DNA of 37,831 bases from the NCBI GenBank assembly GCA_028280085.1, contig JANQMK010000380.1, positions 1 to 37,831 of the forward strand. Direction: 5' to 3'. How positions within the stretch are numbered: the first letter of the stretch is position 1; the number at the start of each line of letters is the position of its first letter. Source of the DNA: Pseudomonadales bacterium. Lineage in GTDB: Bacteria; Pseudomonadota; Gammaproteobacteria; Pseudomonadales; JANQMK01. Positions 1 through 8,327 of the stretch are shown here, in pieces. A program made the translations under genes and the position numbers. The notes below the pieces were generated by a model. It did no database searches. It was not told where the DNA came from and saw only the letters and a list, made by a program, of their open reading frames with translations.

Positions 1-297
1 GCACCCCCAGCTCATTTGCTGCCAGCCAGCGTTGAGTCCCTCCGCGACGATGGCGGTTAGCCCGGTGGTAACACCCTGACCCTTGTCTAGGTGTTTAATA
101 ACGACTGTAACCTTATTGTCATTAGTGATACGAATAAAATGTCCTAGATTAACAGTTTGTTGTGGTTTGCCAGCAACATTCACGGCGGCGGTAGCGCAGC
201 CGCCGATGGTAAACCCTATGCCGCTGAGCACCGTGATTTTAAGAAAGCTGCGTCGCTTTATACCAGATGTCGTTAGTGTTATTAGCTCTTCCATCAT
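1..297 (-). CDS. N-terminal 99 codons of the molybdopterin-binding large (beta) subunit of a xanthine-dehydrogenase-family aldehyde/isoquinoline-type oxidoreductase. The gene runs off the left edge.
   Basis: My own reverse-strand translation gives MMEELITLTTSGIKRRSFLKITVLSGIGFTIGGCATAAV...DKGQGVTTGLTAIVAEGLNAGW. It has a twin-arginine motif (RRSFLK) and a GGC lipobox-like end to the signal. The GQGvxTxLxxIvAEeL motif is typical of this family. The ATG at 297-295 overlaps the upstream TGA (299-297), which suggests translational coupling. The ORF track omits it because it is open at the window edge. Confidence 0.75.
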   Translation of the reverse strand, partial: MMEELITLTTSGIKRRSFLKITVLSGIGFTIGGCATAAVNVAGKPQQTVNLGHFIRITNDNKVTVVIKHLDKGQGVTTGLTAIVAEGLNAGWQQMSWGC

Positions 298-773
298 CAG
301 GCCTCCTGTGCAAGTTCTTTCGCGGCTAGGTGAATGGCTGCGCGAATACGATGATAGGTGGCACAACGGCATAAGTTACCTTGCATTGCCGCATTAATAT
401 CATTATCGGTGGGATTGGAATTGCTACTCAACAATGCGGTGGCCGACATGATCTGGCCTGATTGACAGTAACCACATTGCACAACGTCCAGTTGCTCCCA
501 GGCGTTTTGCACTGCGAGTCCCGTTTTAGACTGAAGGCCTTCAATAGTGGTGATATTGGCACCATCAATGGCGGACATTGGCATAGAACAAGAACGTACC
601 GGTTGTCCATTCATGTGTACCGTGCAGGCGCCGCATAACGCCATGCCGCAGCCGAATTTGCTGCCGGTTAAATTCAAGTCTTCTCTTACGTACCAAAGCA
701 GCGGTTTACTAGCATCGCCCTGATAGGTCATCTGTTTGCCGTTAAGGGTAAAACTGATCATTTTGAGCACCAT
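297..773 (-). CDS. (2Fe-2S)-binding small subunit of the same oxidoreductase (IorA / aldehyde oxidoreductase gamma-subunit type).
   Basis: Two cysteine clusters are present: GCGMALCGACTV (plant-type ferredoxin-like) and CGYCQSGQIM...CRCATY (second 2Fe-2S). This is the standard small-subunit architecture. The TTG at 812 in the track adds an unlikely Pro-rich leader. The likely starts are ATG 773 (MVLKMISF) or ATG 761 (MISFTLNGK). Confidence 0.9.
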   Translation of the reverse strand: MVLKMISFTLNGKQMTYQGDASKPLLWYVREDLNLTGSKFGCGMALCGACTVHMNGQPVRSCSMPMSAIDGANITTIEGLQSKTGLAVQNAWEQLDVVQCGYCQSGQIMSATALLSSNSNPTDNDINAAMQGNLCRCATYHRIRAAIHLAAKELAQEA

Positions 774-1260
774 AGTTGTTGGCTGACAAGGGGGTGGGAG
801 TGATGATTGCAAACTATAACGTGAGTAGATGGCTTGGTGCTATAGGTTCAAGCTGATTTGCCGTTTGAATGACTAAGCTCTCGCCATATTTACGGAAGCC
901 ACGCTAGAATTTAGAGTAACCAAGATAAAGCAGGTTTTGCGCGAAACTTCACAGGCACCGGATGTATCAATCATTCCGCTCGGCGATGTATTAAATATAT
1001 CACACCAATTCAAAAATGAAGTCGAGTGATCAAGCTACTCTATTTTGGTTGTTGAGGTATTGGACTCTCCTAAAAGCTGAATAGGGGGAAATATAGATGT
1101 TTATTAATCAGTACATATAAGGGGCATTATCGACTATAAAAAAATGGGGCGTGATCTGGTGCTTGGCGACAATATCTTCACTATCGAGACTGGATATAAG
1201 GAAGTTCATATTTTCTGGAATCATTAATTGGTGAGCCTCTGCTAATTTTACTTGCCGCAC

Positions 1261-1482
1261 TTTTGGGGCTCAGCGACCTATTTGGACTTAAACGCTCATA
1301 CTTCGCTTATCATGTCTCCTTTCAGAGCCAAACTGAGCCCCAAAAGCTGTCCTTGAGTCTGTTTAGTCTCAAGGGCTCAATATTGTGGTGGCAAAGTCAC
1401 GGTTTATATTTTCTGATATTTGGGTTGCGTCCTAGAGCGGGACAATAGATTTAAGGAGAGTCGCGCGTGTTCTTCCTTAAAT
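1261..1482. repeat. Three stacked inverted repeats (hairpin-capable) in a long non-coding region. Function unknown.
   Basis: H1: ttttggggctcag (1261-1273) pairs perfectly with ctgagccccaaaa (1333-1345), enclosing 59 nt. H2: ccttgag (1351-1357) pairs with ctcaagg (1368-1374). H3: atttaagga (1449-1457) pairs with tccttaaat (1474-1482). No convincing ORF overlaps them. Confidence 0.45.
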
Positions 1483-1603
1483 CACCTGATCATGGTTTAA
1501 AAAATGGCTGATTTCGGTACTAAAACTACTGTTTTACGGTCTTTTTAAACTCTCACCCTACTTTTAGCTTGCTAGCTAGCCTTTTATCCTGCTAATATGG
1601 TCT

Positions 1604-1647
1604 ATAAATAGATCTTATTAATTTTATGTGATCTATTTATGGATCAC
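1604..1647. promoter_or_regulatory. Candidate HipB operator: nested palindromes around three GATC sites just upstream of the hipB-like start.
   Basis: ataaatagatc (1604-1614) and gatctatttat (1630-1640) form a perfect 11-bp inverted repeat with a 15-bp spacer. gtgatc (1628-1633) and gatcac (1642-1647) form a second palindrome with an 8-bp spacer. HipB-family repressors are known to autoregulate through palindromic operators. Confidence 0.5.
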
Positions 1648-1657
1648 AAGGTGCATT

Positions 1658-1996
1658 ATGGCTAAGGCAGCAAACCGCGCATATTCACGCTATACCCGCG
1701 AGGCAGTAGAGCTTCTTGCGGTGATGATCCGTGAGGCGCGTATCGAGCGCAAACTGCCTGCCAAGGAGCTGGCTGAGCGCGCAGGTATATCGCGCGGATT
1801 GTTGCAGCGCATTGAAAAAGGTGATCCCAATTGCTCGTTGGGGGCTGTATTTGAAGTGGCATATCTGCTTGGCATTCGACTATTTGATAGTGATGAGCGC
1901 TCATTGGCATCGACCTTGGCAATGAGCAAAGAAAAGCTCACCTTGTTGCCTAAGATGGCAAGAAAACCAGTGCGCGGGGTAGATGATGACTTCTAA
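1658..1996 (+). CDS. hipB: XRE-family helix-turn-helix antitoxin/repressor (HipB-like).
   Basis: The HTH core is LPAKELAERAGISRGLLQRIEKGD. It lies directly upstream of a HipA-family kinase and overlaps it by 14 nt. I prefer ATG 1658 (MAKAANR) to the track's GTG 1628, because 1628 lies inside the palindromic operator. Confidence 0.85.
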   Translation: MAKAANRAYSRYTREAVELLAVMIREARIERKLPAKELAERAGISRGLLQRIEKGDPNCSLGAVFEVAYLLGIRLFDSDERSLASTLAMSKEKLTLLPKMARKPVRGVDDDF

Positions 1997-3314
1997 TTCT
2001 TACGAAGAAGCCTATGTCTGGATATGGCTTCCCGAAATGACTGAGCCTGTAGTTGCCGGAAAGCTTGAAGCTGAAGGCGGCGTTTTGCGCTTTAACTACG
2101 GTAAAAGTTATTTAGAGCGCGCCGAAGATAATGCACATCCAGCGATCTCAATATTTGATGAAGAGCTGCCGTTACAAGCTGGTGTAATCGAGCTAAAAGA
2201 TGGGCTATCCATACCAAGCTGCATTAGAGATGCCGCGCCCGATGCATGGGGGCGCAGGGTTATCATCAATAAAAAGCTTGGCACCAAAGGTGATCAGGCG
2301 GCTGACGCTGATTTGGATGAGTTAACCTATTTACTGGAGTCAGGTTCAGACCGTATTGGTGCTTTGGACTTTCAAGCTTCGCCGACTGAATACGTGCCAA
2401 GGCAAGCAAACAATGTTTCGCTTGAAGAATTGATGGAGTCAGCAGAGCGAGTAGAGCAAGGTGTGCCGCTCTCACCTGAGCTGGATCAGGCATTGTTTCA
2501 CGGCTCATCAATTGGTGGAGCACGCCCCAAGGCTTTGATCGAGCAAGATGATACAAAGTACATCGCTAAATTTTCATCAAGTGATGATCTCTATAGCGTT
2601 GTGAAAGCCGAATTTATAGCGATGCGTTTAGCATCGCTTTGTGGCTTGAATGTAGCGGGCGTGTCTTTGGTTAAGGCAGCGAATAAAGATGTACTGCTTA
2701 TTGAGCGTTTTGATCGTGTGAAAGCTAAAGATGGTTGGCAGCGCAAAGCTATGGTTTCAGCGCTGACTTTATTTGGCTTAGATGACATGATGGCGCGTTA
2801 CGCGAGCTATGAGCAGCTTGGCGAAATTATTCGCAAGCGTTTTGATAATCCAAAAGATACGTTGCGTGAGCTTTATGGGCGGCTTGTGTTTAACATTTTA
2901 TGTGGTAATACTGATGATCATGCGCGTAACCATGCTGCATTTTGGAATGGCAAATCATTAAGTTTGACGCCTGCCTATGATATTTGCCCTCAAGGGAGAG
3001 CAGGTGGAGAAGCTACGCAAGCCATGCTGATACAAGGCGAAAATCGCATGAGTCAGATAAGTGGCTGTATCGCGGCGGCGCATCACTTCTTATTAAGTGA
3101 AAAAGAAGCGCTTGAAATTTATCAGGCGCAAAGGCAAGTGATAGAGGATAACTGGCAAAGTGTTTGCCAAGAGGCTTCGCTCAGTGAAGTCGATCGCAAT
3201 CTTCTATGGAGAAGGCAGTTCTTTAATCCTTTTGCATTTGAAGGTTTAGACGCTGGTGATAATAGTGCTGGCGATAAGGAACAGGAGAAATCTCAAGATC
3301 CTAAAAAAAAGTAA
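1983..3314 (+). CDS. hipA: HipA-family serine/threonine kinase toxin (type II TA).
   Basis: 443 aa, which is classical HipA length. It has an N-terminal coupling domain ([10 protein letters not shown]), a P-loop-like SIGGARPKA and a catalytic NTDDHARNH motif. It is paired with an XRE antitoxin. Confidence 0.9.
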   Translation: MMTSNSYEEAYVWIWLPEMTEPVVAGKLEAEGGVLRFNYGKSYLERAEDNAHPAISIFDEELPLQAGVIELKDGLSIPSCIRDAAPDAWGRRVIINKKLGTKGDQAADADLDELTYLLESGSDRIGALDFQASPTEYVPRQANNVSLEELMESAERVEQGVPLSPELDQALFHGSSIGGARPKALIEQDDTKYIAKFSSSDDLYSVVKAEFIAMRLASLCGLNVAGVSLVKAANKDVLLIERFDRVKAKDGWQRKAMVSALTLFGLDDMMARYASYEQLGEIIRKRFDNPKDTLRELYGRLVFNILCGNTDDHARNHAAFWNGKSLSLTPAYDICPQGRAGGEATQAMLIQGENRMSQISGCIAAAHHFLLSEKEALEIYQAQRQVIEDNWQSVCQEASLSEVDRNLLWRRQFFNPFAFEGLDAGDNSAGDKEQEKSQDPKKK

Positions 3315-3360
3315 ACGAGTAATGGGTACAAATTTAGGTACAAATAAGGGTTTGAGTGGT

Positions 3361-4947
3361 ATGACTGATAGCAATTTATCTAATGAAATCAACAAGAGAC
3401 GCACTTTTGCTATCATCTCGCATCCCGATGCGGGCAAAACGACGATTACCGAGAAGTTGCTGTTATTTGGCCAAGCAATACAGACGGCTGGCACCGTTAA
3501 AGGTAAGAAAAATGATAAACATGCCACCTCGGACTGGATGACTATGGAGCAAGAACGAGGTATCTCCGTTACTTCTTCTGTCATGCAGTTTCCCTACAAG
3601 GATCGTATCGTTAATCTACTTGATACCCCTGGCCACGAAGATTTTTCTGAGGATACTTATCGAACGTTAACAGCGGTTGATTCGGTATTAATGGTGATTG
3701 ACGGCGCGAAAGGTGTAGAAGATCGAACCGTAAAGTTAATGGAAGTGTGCCGTTTACGCGATACCCCGATACTATCCTTTATCAATAAGATGGACCGCGA
3801 TATTCGTGACCCTATTGATGTATTGGACGAAATTGAAAGCGTATTAAAAATAGACTGTGCTCCGATCAATTGGCCGTTGGGAATGGGTAAAGAGTTTAAG
3901 GGGGTTTATAACCTTTATACCGATACAATTCATATTTATGAAAAAGGGCAGGGACATACGATTCCGGCCGACATCACTATTCAGGGTTTAGCTAGCGAGG
4001 AGGCCGAAACCCTACTGGGTGCCTATGCCGAGGATGTTAGGGAAGAAATTGAGTTAGTACGTGGCGCTACTCATGCATTTGATCTGGCATCATATCTAGC
4101 GGGTGCTATGACACCAGTGTATTTTGGTACGGCTTTAGGTAATTTCGGCGTGCGTGAAATGCTAGATGGTTTTGTTGAAATCGCGCCTGCTCCCAAAAAC
4201 CGGGAGACAAAAACTCGTGATGTGGTAGCAGCAGAAGATAAATTTACTGGCTTCGTTTTTAAAATTCAGGCCAATATGGATCCTAAGCATAGAGACAGGG
4301 TCGCATTCATGAGAGTCTGTTCGGGCAGTTATAGACAAGGTATGAAGATGAAACATGTTCGCCTAGGCAAGGATGTAAAGATTGCTGATGCCGTGACTTT
4401 TCTTGCGGGTGAGAGAACTCGTGTCAATGAGGCCATTGCTGGTGATATTATTGGTTTACATAATCACGGGACGATACAGATTGGGGACACTTTTACAGAA
4501 GGTGAAGACTTAAAGTTTACCGGTATCCCCCATTTTGCGCCTGAACTATTTCGTCGAATCAGGCTAAAAGACCCGCTGAAGCTGAAACAGTTGCAGAAAG
4601 GTTTACAGCAACTTTCAGAGGAGGGCTCGACTCAGGTATTTTTCCCCGTTAAAAATAATGATTTGGTGGTTGGCGCTGTTGGGGTATTGCAATTTGAAGT
4701 CGTTGCCTATCGGTTAAGGGATGAATACAAAGTAGATTGTATTTATGAAAATATCAATGTCTATACAGCTCGTTGGATAGAGTGTGATGACGACAAAATG
4801 TTAGAAGAATTTAAGAAGAAAGCCCACGATGGCGTGGCTGTTGATGGTGGTGGTCATCTTACTTACCTGGCCCCAACACGAGTCAACCTATCACTCATGG
4901 AAGAGCGTTGGCCTGATGTGCGTTTTAGAGCAACTCGAGAGCATTAA
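3361..4947 (+). CDS. prfC: Peptide chain release factor 3 (translational GTPase).
   Basis: It is near-collinear with E. coli RF3 as I recall it: [65 protein letters not shown], and it ends TREH. ATG 3361 (MTDSNL...) matches the RF3 N-terminus. The track's 3256 start overlaps the hipA 3' end and is rejected. Confidence 0.97.
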   Translation: MTDSNLSNEINKRRTFAIISHPDAGKTTITEKLLLFGQAIQTAGTVKGKKNDKHATSDWMTMEQERGISVTSSVMQFPYKDRIVNLLDTPGHEDFSEDTYRTLTAVDSVLMVIDGAKGVEDRTVKLMEVCRLRDTPILSFINKMDRDIRDPIDVLDEIESVLKIDCAPINWPLGMGKEFKGVYNLYTDTIHIYEKGQGHTIPADITIQGLASEEAETLLGAYAEDVREEIELVRGATHAFDLASYLAGAMTPVYFGTALGNFGVREMLDGFVEIAPAPKNRETKTRDVVAAEDKFTGFVFKIQANMDPKHRDRVAFMRVCSGSYRQGMKMKHVRLGKDVKIADAVTFLAGERTRVNEAIAGDIIGLHNHGTIQIGDTFTEGEDLKFTGIPHFAPELFRRIRLKDPLKLKQLQKGLQQLSEEGSTQVFFPVKNNDLVVGAVGVLQFEVVAYRLRDEYKVDCIYENINVYTARWIECDDDKMLEEFKKKAHDGVAVDGGGHLTYLAPTRVNLSLMEERWPDVRFRATREH

Positions 4948-4992
4948 ACACACGAGGACTCTTGGTCTGTCAATTGCGGTTGCCACGTGTCG

Positions 4993-5070
4993 GTAATATA
5001 GTATCAGTAATACAGTATTGGTAACCCAAGTATCTATAAACTAAGTATTTATAAATCAAGTATTAGTAAA
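4993..5070. repeat. Five degenerate direct repeats with a period of about 15 bp (consensus AGTATYNRTAA) between the convergent prfC and eda genes.
   Basis: AGTAT recurs at 5000, 5014, 5029, 5044 and 5059, giving spacings of 14, 15, 15 and 15. Each is followed 2-3 nt later by (A/G/T)(G/A)TAA. Confidence 0.6.
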
Positions 5071-5116
5071 CAGGGGCGAACAAAGTAAAGAAGGGTAAAA
5101 AAGGAAAAGTGCTCTA

Positions 5117-5749
5117 CTACAAAGTGCTTAATCCGGCTTTTAACTGCTGAACCCGGGTTGTTATTGTTTGCCAATCTTCGTTTTCTATTTGTTCGATGTT
5201 GCAGCACCAGGTGCAACCTACGGAGACAACATTTGTCTGTTGTAAGTAGGTTAGGTAATTATCAGGTATTATTCCACCGGTTGGGCAAAAGGTGACGTCG
5301 GGGAATGGTGATCGAAAAGCTTTAATGAGATCTAGTCCGTTAATGGCGGTGGCCGGGAACAGTTTGTAGCATTTAATATTGTATTCTTCACCTAATAAAA
5401 TGTCTGATGCAGAGGCAGCTCCTGGGAGAAAATTAGCGGCTTGTGATTTAGCTTCTTCCAGTAACGGCTTGGTGATACCGGGTGACACAGTAAAACTGGC
5501 GCCGGCGTGTAAGGATGAAGCGATTTGCTCAGGATGCTTAATTGTACCAGCGCCGAGAGTTATTGACGGAAATTGGCTATGAACTTCTTTAATAATTTTG
5601 AGTGCGTTGGCGCGACGTAAGGTAACCTCCATAATAGGTACATTTTCTTCCGATAATATCTCTGCAAGTTTAAGTGTTTTATCCATATCGTTAGCTACTA
5701 CCACAGGTATGATGGGACAGTCATGTAAGATATCGATGATATTATCCAT
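5117..5749 (-). CDS. eda: 2-keto-3-deoxy-6-phosphogluconate (KDPG) aldolase.
   Basis: Family motifs are PIIPVVV, IMEVTLR, GAGTI, SPG, KLFPA and CPTGGI. It is the last gene of the zwf-pgl-edd-eda set. ATG 5749 (MDNIIDIL) is preferred, because the track's 5854 start overlaps edd. Confidence 0.93.
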   Translation of the reverse strand: MDNIIDILHDCPIIPVVVANDMDKTLKLAEILSEENVPIMEVTLRRANALKIIKEVHSQFPSITLGAGTIKHPEQIASSLHAGASFTVSPGITKPLLEEAKSQAANFLPGAASASDILLGEEYNIKCYKLFPATAINGLDLIKAFRSPFPDVTFCPTGGIIPDNYLTYLQQTNVVSVGCTWCCNIEQIENEDWQTITTRVQQLKAGLSTL

Positions 5750-5786
5750 AATGTTGTGATCCCAGTTGATATGATCTCGAGTAAGA

Positions 5787-7601
5787 TCATTCTGAATAAG
5801 AAAAAATAGTAGCGCCCTCTGTTGCTGCAGAAATATTGTTTCGAAATAAGGCAAAAAGCTCTCGCCCTAAACCTTCAGATTCATTACCCTTTAGTATATA
5901 GCAGGGCCTAGCGGCTAACTCTTGCTCCGATAGGGCTACACTAATTTCGCCTGTTTCTGCATTGAGGGTTAGTATATCTCCGTCGTGAATTTTAGCAATG
6001 TTGCCACCCTCTTTTGCCTCTGGTGTAATATGAATAGCGGCTGGTACTTTACCGGATGCGCCAGACATGCGTCCGTCCGTGACTAAGCCAACTTTAAAGC
6101 CCTGTGCCATGATGCTGGCCAGTAATGGTGTGAGTTTGTGCAATTCAGGCATGCCATTCGCTTTAGGTCCTTGATAGATAATAACCGCAATAAAATTTGT
6201 GTACAGCTCACCATTTTTGAACGCATCTTCTAACTGCTGTTGGCTGGTAAAGACTCTAGCTGGGGCTTTTACTACTCGATCGTTACTGTTGAGAGCAGAA
6301 GTTTTGATAATACCGGTGCCAATATTGCCGCTAATGATTTTTAGACCGCCTTCTTGTTGGAAAGGTCTATTAGCTGGGCGAATAATGTTTTCATCCATAG
6401 GTGAGCTGCAGGTGTTTTCCCAACTTAGGCTATCATTGATTAAACTCGGTTGAAGGGCATAGCGACTAAAGTCATGTTGGTTGAAGCTTTGATTGTCGGT
6501 ATACATTAAATCCGCTTTTATTAATTCCTCAAATAAGCGGCTGGTACCGCCTGCTTGCTGAAAATCGTTAACATCTGCTTCACCATTTGGGTATAGGCTA
6601 GTTAGCAGTGGCACAGTTTGCGATAGCAGAGCGAAATCATCCCATGTAATTTGCAAGCCCGCTGCGTAACCGATAGCGACTAAGTGTAGGGTGTGATTAG
6701 TGGAGCCGCCGGAAGCTAACAGCGCCACCATCGCATTAGTTAATGCCTTTGCATCGACCACTTGGTAAAGCGGTTGGTAACTTGCTTCTAAAGGCGTATG
6801 TTTGATAAGTTCAAGCACTGCGTGTCGTGTCAACGCTTGTCGCAACGATGTTCCCGGATTAATAAATGACGAGCCAGGTAGCTGTAGCCCCATGGCCTCC
6901 AATAATATTTGATTGGTATTCGCTGTGCCATAAAATGTACACGTACCAGGGCTGTGATAGGCCTGTGATTCAGAGGCCAGTAAGTCGGCCCTACTAGCAT
7001 TGCCTTCAGCATACTGTTGGCGCACATGGGCTTTTTGGCGATTTGAAATGCCTGTTGTCATTGGCCCGGCTGGGATAAACACACATGGTAAGTGACCGAA
7101 TCTTAAAGCGCCGATTAGCAGGCCTGGTACAATCTTATCGCAAATGCCCAGACAGATGATGCCGTCAAAAACACTGTGTGTAAGTCCTATGGCGGTCGAC
7201 ATCGCAATCAGATCTCGACTAAAGAGGCTTAACTCCATACCGCTGTTACCCTGCGTAATACCATCGCACATGGCAGGTACTCCTGCGGCCACTTGAGCGG
7301 TGTAGTGGGTCGACAGTAAAGCCTGTTTTATCTCTTCTGGATAATGGGCATAAGGCTGATGGGCTGACAGCAAATCGTTGTAGGCGGTTACGATGGCAAT
7401 ATTGCCATTGTCAGTATTTGCTAGTTTGGCTTTATCATTTTTGCTGAGCGACGCTAAACCGTGGGCGATATTACAACAACTCAGTTGATTTCTGCTAGCG
7501 CTAGCTTGGCGTTGGGATTGCATGAGCTCAATATAGGCCGCGCGGCTTTGCGCGCTGCGGGCTGCAATATTTTGAGTAACTTGGGCAACAAAGGGATTCA
7601 T
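5787..7601 (-). CDS. edd: Phosphogluconate dehydratase (IlvD/Edd family).
   Basis: 604 aa. Motifs include [23 protein letters not shown], the Fe-S ligand region CDKIVPG, and [13 protein letters not shown]. It sits in an Entner-Doudoroff operon. Confidence 0.96.
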   Translation of the reverse strand: MNPFVAQVTQNIAARSAQSRAAYIELMQSQRQASASRNQLSCCNIAHGLASLSKNDKAKLANTDNGNIAIVTAYNDLLSAHQPYAHYPEEIKQALLSTHYTAQVAAGVPAMCDGITQGNSGMELSLFSRDLIAMSTAIGLTHSVFDGIICLGICDKIVPGLLIGALRFGHLPCVFIPAGPMTTGISNRQKAHVRQQYAEGNASRADLLASESQAYHSPGTCTFYGTANTNQILLEAMGLQLPGSSFINPGTSLRQALTRHAVLELIKHTPLEASYQPLYQVVDAKALTNAMVALLASGGSTNHTLHLVAIGYAAGLQITWDDFALLSQTVPLLTSLYPNGEADVNDFQQAGGTSRLFEELIKADLMYTDNQSFNQHDFSRYALQPSLINDSLSWENTCSSPMDENIIRPANRPFQQEGGLKIISGNIGTGIIKTSALNSNDRVVKAPARVFTSQQQLEDAFKNGELYTNFIAVIIYQGPKANGMPELHKLTPLLASIMAQGFKVGLVTDGRMSGASGKVPAAIHITPEAKEGGNIAKIHDGDILTLNAETGEISVALSEQELAARPCYILKGNESEGLGRELFALFRNNISAATEGATIFSYSE

Positions 7602-7625
7602 AGCACGCTTACCAGTAATAGTTAG

Positions 7626-8327
7626 TTAAGGACACCAAAAAACGTGGACTGGTACTAGATTTTGTCTGAGTATAGCTCGTACAGGCATTTTTTCTACCGG
7701 GCCATCAGATATTGCTTGATTTAACACAGTATCTTTTTCGGTTCCGATCAACAATAAAATAATGAGTTTGCTATTCAGTATGTAAGGTAGAGTTAACGTT
7801 ATACGCTGATATTTAGCATTGTGAGGTGTCATTGCTAGGCAATGGGATGTTTGGTGCATTGATAGTGCGGCAGACAAGTTATCATCATCTGGAAACAGCG
7901 ACGCAGTATGTCCATCATTGCCCATACCTAATAGGCAAATATCGGATGGTAGTGGAAAATCTTTTAATCTCTCGTTTACTTGTGTTACGCCTTGTTCCGG
8001 CGAACTATCTGTTGTTGTTAAACCAATAAATTTAGCGCGCTCGGCATGGTTTGTCAGTAGGGTGGTTCTTGCCAGGTATTCATTGCTGTCACTTGAATTA
8101 GTATCAACCCAGCGCTCATCTGCCAAGGTAATAATAACGTTTTGCCAATCAATTATCCGTTGTGACAGCTGCTCGAACAGAGGTTTCGGCGAGTTACCAC
8201 CTGAAATAATAAAACTGGCAAAGCCTTTTGTATCAATGGCGCGGGATAGTTGGTTGACAATGATTTGACAAAGGTCAGTCGTTAGAGCCTCCTGGTCGCG
8301 ATAATCTTGTCGAGTAATATTATTCAT
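7626..8327 (-). CDS. pgl: 6-phosphogluconolactonase.
   Basis: Motifs are SGGNSP, LADERWV and LLGMGNDGHTASLFP. Its start overlaps the zwf stop by 8 nt (ATGAATAA). Confidence 0.93.
   Translation of the reverse strand: MNNITRQDYRDQEALTTDLCQIIVNQLSRAIDTKGFASFIISGGNSPKPLFEQLSQRIIDWQNVIITLADERWVDTNSSDSNEYLARTTLLTNHAERAKFIGLTTTDSSPEQGVTQVNERLKDFPLPSDICLLGMGNDGHTASLFPDDDNLSAALSMHQTSHCLAMTPHNAKYQRITLTLPYILNSKLIILLLIGTEKDTVLNQAISDGPVEKMPVRAILRQNLVPVHVFWCP

Noticed and set aside
83-397. 104-aa plus-strand ORF across the junction of the two oxidoreductase subunit genes.
   Set aside because: It is antisense to two well-supported minus-strand genes, has low-complexity content with no motifs, and is a typical shadow ORF in GC-richer coding DNA.
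1144-1227. Very short ORFs in the 813-1260 gap. Examples are the plus-strand MGRDLVLGDNIFTIETGYKEVHIFWNH and a 38-aa minus-strand ORF, MIPENMNFLISSLDSEDIVAKHQ...
   Set aside because: They have no ribosome-binding sites or recognisable motifs. ORFs of this length are expected by chance, so they cannot be supported from the sequence alone.
1265-1341. Possible tRNA or tRNA-like gene: 77 nt closed by a GGGGCTC/GAGCCCC acceptor-like stem.
   Set aside because: There is no T-arm (no GTTCRANYC-type loop or complementary 5-bp stem next to the 3' acceptor strand), no D-arm pairing, and no CCA or discriminator context. The cloverleaf cannot be drawn.
1263-1448. 61-aa plus-strand ORF in the long non-coding region.
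   Set aside because: It has a non-ATG start and no Shine-Dalgarno, its composition is not protein-like (MGLSDLFGLKRSYFAYHVSF...), and it exactly overlies the inverted repeats. The hairpins explain the sequence better than coding does.
1628-1657. The GTG 1628 start for the HipB-like gene given in the ORF track.
   Set aside because: It would put the start codon inside the palindromic operator and add a hydrophobic MIYLWITRCI leader. ATG 1658 gives a normal XRE-family N-terminus.
3256-3360. A 35-codon N-terminal extension of prfC, and the antisense 112-aa ORF at 3246-3584.
   Set aside because: The extension overlaps the hipA 3' end and translates the direct repeats ([10 protein letters not shown]), and RF3 homology begins at MTDSNL (3361). 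The antisense ORF lies opposite the highly conserved prfC G-domain.
4993-5070. Whether the phased repeats are a CRISPR array.
   Set aside because: The units are only about 15 bp, degenerate and contiguous, with no unique spacers. No cas genes or leader are present. I report them as an iteron-like repeat instead.
5750-5854. A 35-codon N-terminal extension of eda in the ORF track.
   Set aside because: It overlaps the edd 3' end, and KDPG aldolase homology starts at MDNIIDIL (ATG 5749).
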